Source: an uncultured Christensenella sp. (GTDB taxonomy: Bacteria > Bacillota > Clostridia > Christensenellales > Borkfalkiaceae). Taken from it: DNA of 64,000 bases. The stretch is from NCBI GenBank assembly GCA_910578765.1, contig CAJTRW010000001.1, forward strand, positions 3,386 to 67,385. The letters are read 5' to 3'. Positions 56,660-64,000 of the stretch are shown piece by piece; position 1 is the stretch's first letter; every line of letters starts with the position of its first letter. Position numbers and translations under genes: made by a program. The notes under the pieces were generated by a model. The model saw only the letters and a program-made list of their open reading frames with translations. It searched no databases and had not been told where the DNA came from.

Positions 56660-57095
56660 AAAAATCCACCCGCATAGTGGGTGGTATTTCATTTTCGGGC
56701 ATAGCCCTAATCAATATTGGCTGCGCACAAGTGCGCCGGAGAATTGACCTGTCAGTCATGCATCTTTTACTTGCTACCCTTAAAAGGGTCGTTCGGGTCG
56801 AACACGCTTAATTGGTCTGCTTCTTTATCTTGCTTTAATTGCTTTGCAAATTTCATATTGCCCCACTTTTGGTATATCATTAGACTGCTCTTGCCTTTAT
56901 ACTTGCAATTCCATTTCGTATGTGCTAAACTGTTTGTGATATTATTTTGCTCTGGCATTTCAATTATCCTCCGTTTGATTTTCTTCTTCTGCAACTGGCA
57001 GGTCGCAGTTTTATTATAATTCAAACGGAGTTTTTTGTCTTATTTATTAGCAATAGCCTCATTAGAACCCCGCCACTATGGCGGGGTTTTCGTTT
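56660..57095 (-). mobile_element. Decayed IS200/IS605-family element
   Basis: It contains the truncated tnpA, bracketed by hairpins ccaccc/gggtgg (56666-56684) and aaccccgcc/ggcggggtt (57066-57088). Confidence 0.55.
56767..57024 (-). pseudogene. tnpA: IS200-type Y1 transposase (TnpA) with an internal deletion
   Basis: 85 aa. The N-terminal SLAHTKWNCKY is joined directly to the C-terminal KGKSSLMIYQ...DQLSVFDPNDPFKGSK. The HUH and catalytic-Tyr region is missing. Confidence 0.7.
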
Positions 57096-57102
57096 ACACA
57101 AT

Positions 57103-57130
57103 AAAAAACAGTCAATTAAGACTGTTTTTT
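57103..57130. terminator. Bidirectional terminator after the InlB-repeat lipoprotein gene
   Basis: The sequence aaaaaacagtc-aattaa-gactgttttttt forms the hairpin. Confidence 0.7.
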
Positions 57131-57136
57131 TATTGT

Positions 57137-59356
57137 TTAAACTATTTTTTCAAAAATCGCAGACGCTCCTAAAAAGGATATAATATTTGTTTCACACCGT
57201 TCTGCAGTAGTTACGCCGTCAGACCACCTTACAAACCGGTATCCTTCATAGGGTATTGCTTTTACCATCAACGAACTGCCGTATTCTATACGTTTTGAAA
57301 CATATAATTCGGAACTCGGCACCTCTGTACCGTTATTAATCTCAACTATTTTCCCTACACGATATAAATTTAACGGTTCATCCACAAAATTAACTGCTAC
57401 GGTTACTTTATGTTTCCAAAATTCCCAAGGTATTCCGCATTCCTTTCCGTCTATTTCCGCTTCTCTCAATAAATAATCTTTAATACTGTCAAACTCTTTT
57501 AATTTCAATTTATAAATATAATACGTCAATACGTCATGAAATCCCTTACCGACAACTTCGTTCTCAAGCCATCCATAAGACATTTCGCAAGTGTGTATAA
57601 ATTCGTGCAAAAACGTTCCTATTATAGATGTATTATCGTCGGATATAACTTTGCTGTCTATTTGTTTCTGCAAAAATTTATGTAAGGGTATATTATTTCT
57701 CTTTGGAGAAGATATTATATCTTCAATATAGATACAGCCATACTTATTCCCTGCCACACCGCTGCAAAAATGCAATAGGTCTTGGTAATCGTTCATACAA
57801 AACGCTGTCAATACACTGTGGTACAAATTGTTTAACGTTGCCAATTCGGGTATATCGTTACCATATAGAGTATAATCTACATTATCTCCGCTTGTTCCCG
57901 AACTGAAACTATCCGTTCCAACGGGAATTAAAGTGAAATATGAATCTATTTCAAATTTAACTTTGCCTTCAAACCATTGGTTAAGACAGATTTGCATTTT
58001 ATCTGTTACCGCAGTACAAAGCACGCGTTCAAAACCTGACATTTTGTAATCAACTTCTATTTCCGTATTAGTTTTCGACGATTTAAGCGTTGCATGTACT
58101 TCGTCTACGTATGTTATCAGAATTTTATAAACAGGAACTTCGGGGTCCTCTTCACCTTCCCACCTTGCATACAACGTATTCGCATCCAACGTTAAGCCGT
58201 TATAACCTAACATATATAAGCCGTTTTCATTTACGACTTTAATTTTATATTCTTTATCCGCATACCAACCGCCGAATTTATATCCGCTTAATTCCGGTAT
58301 TACGAATTTTAAATTTTGTACGTTGTTTCTGTTTATTTTAACTTCGGATGCCGCAGGCGTTTTATAATTTGTGCCGTAATCATATTTAAACACTCTTTCT
58401 ATCGGTTCGAAGTATGCCATATATTCGAAATTTTTTTTTGCGGATAAATCACGCCTTATCGGATTCATACTCAAATCCGACCAGCCGCTAAACACGTAGC
58501 CATCGTCCGCTACGGCTTCTATTTTACTGCAATTTTGTTCGGGCATTACCTCCTGATATGTTTCGCCTTTTAATTTCCCGCCAACGTTATCGTTAACTTT
58601 ATATTCTATGCGACATCCGAAATACGCTATTATATGTAAATCTTCGGAAATTCCTGTATCCCGACGGGTGGGCGTCGTTACTCCGTCAGACCACTTCAAA
58701 AAGATATAGTTATTAAAGGCTACCGCCGTTACGCTTTGCGCATCTTCACCGTATAGTACTTTCTGATCGTACCATCCCTCTATTTTGCCCATACCGAATA
58801 CATTGACATCATAACGTAACGTATACTTTACTTTTTTAAATATTGCAGTATACGTCTTATCTTGGTTTGTTCCAGTATCCTGTCTTTCAGAAGTTACTTT
58901 TCCGTCCGACCATTTCTCAAATTCATATCCGTAGTTCGCAACAGCAATTACCGTTTCTCCAACGTCGCCCGCTTTAATATTTTGTTCGTTTTTTCCGCTT
59001 ATTGTACCGTTCCCGTCCGTTTCATACCGCAATGCAAATTTTACTTTTTTAAATTGCGCCGTAACACTTATATCGCTTGTTACGTTTTTATCTTGTCTTG
59101 TCACTTCAGTTAATCCGTCCGACCATTTTACAAATTGATAGCCGTCATTGGGTACAGCAGTAACCTCGGTTCCGTCTTCACCCTCTTTTACGGATTGATT
59201 GGCGGTGCCGTTTATTGCTCCGCCCGCACTTACAGAATAAGTTACGGTAAAATACTGCTCTTCATTTTCTGTATGAGCAGGGGTTGCGCAACCGCATATT
59301 AATATTCCGCAAGCCAGCGAAAGAATAAAAATCAAAACAGGAAGTATTTTCTTCAT
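57137..59356 (-). CDS. Lipoprotein with at least 5 InlB-B/Listeria-Bacteroides-type repeats and an HExxH domain
   Basis: 739 aa. Lipobox LICGC is present. The repeat ...DGYQFVKWSDG / YGYEFEKWSDG / NNYIFLKWSDG / DGYVFSGWSD / EGYRFVRWSDG recurs. The central domain carries FLHEFIHTCE. Confidence 0.7.
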   Translation of the reverse strand: MKKILPVLIFILSLACGILICGCATPAHTENEEQYFTVTYSVSAGGAINGTANQSVKEGEDGTEVTAVPNDGYQFVKWSDGLTEVTRQDKNVTSDISVTAQFKKVKFALRYETDGNGTISGKNEQNIKAGDVGETVIAVANYGYEFEKWSDGKVTSERQDTGTNQDKTYTAIFKKVKYTLRYDVNVFGMGKIEGWYDQKVLYGEDAQSVTAVAFNNYIFLKWSDGVTTPTRRDTGISEDLHIIAYFGCRIEYKVNDNVGGKLKGETYQEVMPEQNCSKIEAVADDGYVFSGWSDLSMNPIRRDLSAKKNFEYMAYFEPIERVFKYDYGTNYKTPAASEVKINRNNVQNLKFVIPELSGYKFGGWYADKEYKIKVVNENGLYMLGYNGLTLDANTLYARWEGEEDPEVPVYKILITYVDEVHATLKSSKTNTEIEVDYKMSGFERVLCTAVTDKMQICLNQWFEGKVKFEIDSYFTLIPVGTDSFSSGTSGDNVDYTLYGNDIPELATLNNLYHSVLTAFCMNDYQDLLHFCSGVAGNKYGCIYIEDIISSPKRNNIPLHKFLQKQIDSKVISDDNTSIIGTFLHEFIHTCEMSYGWLENEVVGKGFHDVLTYYIYKLKLKEFDSIKDYLLREAEIDGKECGIPWEFWKHKVTVAVNFVDEPLNLYRVGKIVEINNGTEVPSSELYVSKRIEYGSSLMVKAIPYEGYRFVRWSDGVTTAERCETNIISFLGASAIFEKIV

Positions 59357-59405
59357 ATTTAATATTTTATATTATTTATTATTCATTGTCAAATATTAAA
59401 AAAAA

Positions 59406-59435
59406 CCCGATGCGGGGCGGCTGCCCCGCATCGGG
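59406..59435. terminator. Bidirectional terminator
   Basis: Stem cccgatgcgggg / ccccgcatcggg, flanked by an A-run and a T-run. Confidence 0.8.
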
Positions 59436-59458
59436 TTTTAAATTTATTGATAGTTTTT

Positions 59459-61810
59459 TTACGGTTGCACGCGCGTCAGGTGGAACGTTCTGCCGTACCG
59501 GTCCTCCAAAAGCAATTGACCCGCGTCGTCGACAAATAAATCTATACCGAGATTTTCACCCGAAACATGCGTAAGGACGATTGAAACGCCGTCCGTATCC
59601 ACACTGAAATTCAAGGTCTGCGTTTTTGCCTGTTCAGGCAAAAGCGTGCCGTCCTCATTGGTGGGCGTAACGGTTATTTTAACCGTACCGCTTACCCCCT
59701 CACCCGCGGAGGAGGGCGTAAATACCAGATTGAAAATATTTCCCTCGCGTTCGTCGACCGTCGTGTATTCGCCGCCGAGCAACGATTCGAAATCCGGTAA
59801 ATCGCTGACGGTAAACGTGAACAGGCACCTTATGGGCGAACCGGATAAAGAAGTTACCGTAACGTTGTACGTGCCTGCCGCCGCAGCTTTGAATTTAAAG
59901 CACTTCACGCCGCCCAGCGTAACCTGCTCTACCGTCGCCGACGACGAGTTGGAGGAAGTGACTTCCGCCTTCTGGTCGGCGTTTGCATATTCGTTTACCG
60001 CGCCGCGGAAATATACGTCACCGCCGATTGCAACCGTCTTTTTATCTCCGTTGCCGAACTTGCCCGTCACGGGGTTGCCTATCTGGGAAACCATCTGCGT
60101 GGGGTCTACACCCTTTACGTTAAACGTAATAGTCTTTTCTGTCAGCGAAGTCCTGATTTTAAGCTTCCACACCCCGCCGTTTCTAAGCTTTATTTTTAAA
60201 ACGTTGCCGCTGCGGTAAGCAGTAAAGCCGGTTGAAACCAGTACGGACGAGCTGTTGACTTCTCCGCTATGGTTGCCCTCATAGTCCAAATACATGGGGT
60301 CGTGCGTAAAGTCCGCGGTCGAGGGCATTATATCCTCTATATTTATGGTCAGCGAAGGATTTTTCACGTCGCACTCTATTTCGCCGTTATCGCCTAAATC
60401 GACGTCGTTGTGCATTAATTTATACGATTTCAGCTTGAACATATCGGGCGAATAAGGCATATTTTCCGTTCTTTCACCGACGCTCTGGTCGACAACCGTA
60501 AAATTTCTCTGCGTGTACGGCGACGCCGGCGTCGTTATTCCGTTCACTGTAACGAAGCTTGGCGTATACCAATCGGCTCCCGCCGCGCTGTCGTTGTTTT
60601 CGTAATAATCCTGCGTAAATTCCACGTGCTCTACGTTGTATTTTTCGCCGAGGGTAAAGGTAACCGTGGTCTCGTAATAATCCGCATTATTTGAACGGAA
60701 TTCCAATCCGGAAAAGGAGAAAGAATATTTCCTGTTCTGCTCGTCTGCGGTTTCCTTCAAATCACCGTTTGAGCAAACCTTTGCATGCTTATAGAGGCTT
60801 GCCAAGGTATTTTCTATGCCGTACTGCGTATCGCTGCTGTACCAAAGGAAGTTGGGCGAGCCGCCCATTGCGTCCGCGGACAGCTGATTGTTGGCGACGG
60901 TTTTCCCGTCCTGAAGCTGCACGCCGAAGATGCCGTCGCTTTCCATGCTGTAATGATACTCGTAAACAACGTAACGGAGAATTTCGTTTGTGGCTTCGTC
61001 CTTAACCGGCGTACTTGCATCTTCTTTGACATAAGTGTAATTGTCGCCGAATTTATAGTCGTAGTCGAAGATTTTAACGCCGTCTTTGATGTCGCCGCCC
61101 TTCTTGGCCGACCAAACCGTCTGCGAGCCGGAAACAACCTCCGATTTGAACGCGGAACCGACCGCTATCGCGCCCTGAACCGTGGAAACGTCCACACCCG
61201 CCACCTTTACGGTGTACGAAGCCTGAACAGCCCCCTGCGAAACGGTTATGACGTAATCGTCCAGCGCAGAAAAGACCGTGCCTGAAATATTCCCCGAGGA
61301 GTCCTTTATTTCCAGCTTGAAATTTTTCAAATCCTCGGTAACGCGTTCGACAAGCTGTCCCTGCGCGTTCTCGTAAGTGCATTTAAGTTTCAAACCGCTG
61401 TAAGAAATTTCTTCGCCGAGTTTGTAGTCCTTTTTTACCGCCGCGGTATCCAACTCTATCTTGCGCAGAATATTGTCGAAGCTTCCGACGTAAACGGTAT
61501 ATACAACCTTTTTGCCGCCGTAACCGACGGTTATCATGTAATCTCCCGCAACGCTCATATCGAAGCCCTTTTCCTGCGTGATTTTCGCCTCGTCGGTAAC
61601 GTCGACGGTCTTACCGTCGCTGTAATGCGCCGTAACCGTAAAATCCTCGCCCAGCACAAACTCGTCCCCGACTTTGAAATCCGTCCTTGCGTTTTCAACG
61701 GTAATGCTTTCCAGCTTGGAGCCGCCGCACGCGGAAAGCCCTGCGACGGTGCATACAGCCGCGGTAACGGCAAGCAAAACCGTCAGGAATATTTTTAAAG
61801 TTTTTTTCAT
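59459..61810 (-). CDS. Surface lipoprotein with bacterial Ig-like domains
   Basis: 783 aa. Lipobox LSACGG is present. N-terminal modules ITVENARTDFKVGDEF...VTAHYSDGKTVDVT fit the Big-type pattern. Confidence 0.6.
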   Translation of the reverse strand: MKKTLKIFLTVLLAVTAAVCTVAGLSACGGSKLESITVENARTDFKVGDEFVLGEDFTVTAHYSDGKTVDVTDEAKITQEKGFDMSVAGDYMITVGYGGKKVVYTVYVGSFDNILRKIELDTAAVKKDYKLGEEISYSGLKLKCTYENAQGQLVERVTEDLKNFKLEIKDSSGNISGTVFSALDDYVITVSQGAVQASYTVKVAGVDVSTVQGAIAVGSAFKSEVVSGSQTVWSAKKGGDIKDGVKIFDYDYKFGDNYTYVKEDASTPVKDEATNEILRYVVYEYHYSMESDGIFGVQLQDGKTVANNQLSADAMGGSPNFLWYSSDTQYGIENTLASLYKHAKVCSNGDLKETADEQNRKYSFSFSGLEFRSNNADYYETTVTFTLGEKYNVEHVEFTQDYYENNDSAAGADWYTPSFVTVNGITTPASPYTQRNFTVVDQSVGERTENMPYSPDMFKLKSYKLMHNDVDLGDNGEIECDVKNPSLTINIEDIMPSTADFTHDPMYLDYEGNHSGEVNSSSVLVSTGFTAYRSGNVLKIKLRNGGVWKLKIRTSLTEKTITFNVKGVDPTQMVSQIGNPVTGKFGNGDKKTVAIGGDVYFRGAVNEYANADQKAEVTSSNSSSATVEQVTLGGVKCFKFKAAAAGTYNVTVTSLSGSPIRCLFTFTVSDLPDFESLLGGEYTTVDEREGNIFNLVFTPSSAGEGVSGTVKITVTPTNEDGTLLPEQAKTQTLNFSVDTDGVSIVLTHVSGENLGIDLFVDDAGQLLLEDRYGRTFHLTRVQP

Positions 61811-61862
61811 GTTTCAACCTCCCGTTAAACGGTTATTACTATTTACAGGTATTATCCTTTGA

Positions 61863-63320
61863 TTATTTGTAGAAACCGCACGCGAACAGCCACAGCGCGT
61901 CCTGGTTAGCAGAGTATCCCTTTTCTTCGGGAGTTCCTTCCGACGTTCCCGCGCCGTCGGTATACAGCGAATGACTTTCGGCAAACTTCTGTAAGAAATC
62001 TTTAAGCTCCTTGGTGACGTAGCACACGCCGTCGGAATTGCTAACCCTGTTATAGTCCTCGCGTATGAAATCCGTATAATTCAGAACGACGTACTTGTGC
62101 TCTTCTTCAAGCCACATGTTGTAAAGCCTTAAAAAGTTTTGACCCAGCCCGACAAAGTGCGCGTCGTACAGCGTGGTTACGGAATAAGACTCGATAGGCA
62201 TCGATATTGCGCAGCAAAGTATAGGTCCGTAATTTTTGCCGTAACCGTACGGGTCGTCCGCGTAATCTTTGTTATAGTAATGGAAAAAGCCCGTGTCCTC
62301 GTTATACTTGTAATTGTATTCGGTAGTTTTCGTCGTTTCGTCATAATACGTATAGATAAATTGCTTCTTCCCCAAATCGGCGAACGTAAACTTTTCCCCG
62401 GGCTTCTTTTCCGCCGCTTTTATCTTGGCTTCCTTTGCGCGGTATATCCTTTCGTCGGAGTTGCCGCTGACGTATTCGCCCTCGTATGTTATAGCAAAAT
62501 CAACCGTCAACGGGTAGTCCGTATTTTTACCCTGCGCGCTTACCGCGAAGGTGAAGGAGTGCCCGACCTCGCTTTTGTCTATCTTATATTCGTAACGGAA
62601 ATTTCTTGTAAACCCGCCTTCGAGCGAAACTCCGCCGCCGTTGGCGTCCTTGGGGTTAAACTTATAGCTGCCCGAGCCGCTGTACGTCCTGAGAAGGGGA
62701 TTTATCTCGTCCGCGTAAACGCTGACGCAGGATTCTACCGAGTAAAACCCCGCCGCGGTGGGCGTATACTGGTAATAAAGATATTCGCCCTCGTAAGAAA
62801 TTTGCGCGCGGTAATTGCCGTCGTATCTGACTACATAGCAACCGCCGTCCACATAAAGCCCCTTGCCGTCACCCCTTTCCGGCTGTTTTACGTCGGTAAG
62901 AAGAATGGTTATTTTACGGTTTTCCGCCGTGGCGGTGTTTGCGTTGGGATTGTATGCGTAGTGAGAGGGAAGCCCCTCCAAATATACTCCGTAATCGCCG
63001 TCCAGCTCGCCCGCGTCCGCCTTGCCGTCCGCGCCGAGAGCGACTCTTTTCACGTTTAAGTCGTTTTTCCAGACGACGGTTATATCTTCACCCGCGGGGT
63101 CGAAAAGCTTATTGTTATAAAATACGGAGACCGTATAATGCGTTTCGGGCACGGAGGGGTCTACGGGTTCGTCGGGCTTCACGGGATTATCGGGGTCGGT
63201 CGGGACGGTAGGCTTGTTATTTCCGCCGTTATTGTCTATATAACTGCCGAGACCGCAACCCGCAAAGCACGAAACCGCGCATGCGAAAACGAGCATCAGG
63301 GATAAAATTTTCTTTTTCAT
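61863..63320 (-). CDS. Hypothetical lipoprotein
   Basis: Start set at MKKKILSLMLVFACAVSCFAGCG (ATG 63320). A Pro-rich linker follows and I recognise no family. Confidence 0.6.
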   Translation of the reverse strand: MKKKILSLMLVFACAVSCFAGCGLGSYIDNNGGNNKPTVPTDPDNPVKPDEPVDPSVPETHYTVSVFYNNKLFDPAGEDITVVWKNDLNVKRVALGADGKADAGELDGDYGVYLEGLPSHYAYNPNANTATAENRKITILLTDVKQPERGDGKGLYVDGGCYVVRYDGNYRAQISYEGEYLYYQYTPTAAGFYSVESCVSVYADEINPLLRTYSGSGSYKFNPKDANGGGVSLEGGFTRNFRYEYKIDKSEVGHSFTFAVSAQGKNTDYPLTVDFAITYEGEYVSGNSDERIYRAKEAKIKAAEKKPGEKFTFADLGKKQFIYTYYDETTKTTEYNYKYNEDTGFFHYYNKDYADDPYGYGKNYGPILCCAISMPIESYSVTTLYDAHFVGLGQNFLRLYNMWLEEEHKYVVLNYTDFIREDYNRVSNSDGVCYVTKELKDFLQKFAESHSLYTDGAGTSEGTPEEKGYSANQDALWLFACGFYK

Positions 63321-64000
63321 CTGCGCCTCCCGACAATTCCCGAGAAGAACGAAGTCACGTCCTTCCACTTCAACTGTCTTATTACTATATCTGTTATGAA
63401 CAACACCGCGCAGACTATCATAAGCGGCATTGTAAAGTCGAATACGTAAGACGTATACGCCGAATCGGAATTTTCAAGCTTGGTTATCTCGTCCGGCTCG
63501 AAAATCGTTCCGTTTTCACTCACAAGTCTGTACAGCGAAGATTTGCTGTAAGAAGTGAAGCTGTCGTATTCCGCATAATACGAAACGCAGAACTCCGCCT
63601 CCGCTTCGTAATGCAGTCCGTTGAAATTATAGTCCAGCTTAAAGCGGTAGGTACCGGGCGCGTCCGTCGCAAACGTTGCGAAATATTCGCTTGAATCGAA
63701 TGTAAGCGCCTTTTCCGAAACCAAACCCGTAGGTCCTGTCAGCGCAGCCGTAAAAGCCGTACTGTTTTGCAACGACTGCGAAGTTTTTACTTTAAGCGTA
63801 GTCGAGTTACCGTTACCTTCGACGTCTATAATAAACGGCACGTTTATTCTTACGTCGGGAAGGGTTGCCGCGGGAATGTTTTTAAGAAATTTGCCGCCCT
63901 CGGTTCCGTCCGTCCAGCCGCCCGCCCATGAGGTGATGTCCGAAAGAAAACTTACTACTTTGCCGTTGCCTCCGCTCCAATAAGCGTATAAAGGAACGTC
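63317..64000 (-). CDS. Hypothetical protein with a C-terminal TM anchor; the 5' end lies outside the window
   Basis: The frame stays open from 63841 to the window edge (…YAYWSGGNGKVVSFLSDITSWAGGWTDG…). The C-terminus has MPLMIVCAVLFITDIV. The stop overlaps the next start by 4 nt. Confidence 0.55.
   Translation of the reverse strand, partial: DVPLYAYWSGGNGKVVSFLSDITSWAGGWTDGTEGGKFLKNIPAATLPDVRINVPFIIDVEGNGNSTTLKVKTSQSLQNSTAFTAALTGPTGLVSEKALTFDSSEYFATFATDAPGTYRFKLDYNFNGLHYEAEAEFCVSYYAEYDSFTSYSKSSLYRLVSENGTIFEPDEITKLENSDSAYTSYVFDFTMPLMIVCAVLFITDIVIRQLKWKDVTSFFSGIVGRRR

Noticed and set aside
1-64000. Scan for tRNA, rRNA, CRISPR arrays, integrases and prophage genes.
   Set aside because: None was recognised by eye. 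The only mobile-element trace is the decayed IS200 at 56.7-57.1 kb. A tRNAscan/Infernal run would be needed to be definitive.

Overview
Clostridia-like (Firmicutes) chromosomal segment, about 50% GC by eye, transcribed almost entirely on the minus strand. Layout: (a) 1-3.8 kb holds rpmE, a divergent MDR dehydrogenase-like gene, cardiolipin synthase, a YfcE-type phosphoesterase and a small TM2-like protein. (b) 4.0-20.6 kb is a complete, colinear S10-spc-alpha ribosomal superoperon (rpsJ to rplQ, with secY, adk, map, a KOW protein, infA, rpmJ and rpoA). It has a clean sigma-A promoter and two unusually long internal spacers. (c) 21-32.2 kb holds a COG0523 metallochaperone pair (one with a fivefold HECCHGHHH repeat), a DUF2188 membrane protein, tcdA, potABCD with a PuuR-like regulator, and an RhgT-like SGNH esterase. 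(d) 32.3-46.7 kb is an accessory island and the main point of interest. One transcription unit encodes radical-SAM/SPASM, a 781-aa ORFan, a KGGSGR-variant ParA-like ATPase, an 809-aa ORFan and a TIR protein. The unit upstream encodes an HD-RyR-SLOG protein and a TM-Rossmann-RyR-like protein. A divergent AT-rich gene encodes a multipass membrane protein. TIR plus SLOG suggests Thoeris-like nucleotide signalling, but I do not recognise the overall architecture as any described system. (e) 46.8-49.4 kb holds a GH28 polygalacturonase and an AEC transporter, so the island seems to split a pectin-utilisation locus. (f) 49.4-57.1 kb is an AT-rich RHS polymorphic-toxin locus: holin-like protein, 1911-aa RHS with a 2TM + HExxH tip, a lipoprotein immunity candidate, an orphan RHS relic and a decayed IS200. 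(g) 57.1-64 kb is a run of large lipoproteins. I found no rRNA, tRNA or CRISPR. All calls rest on reading the translations and DNA by eye, with no database search.
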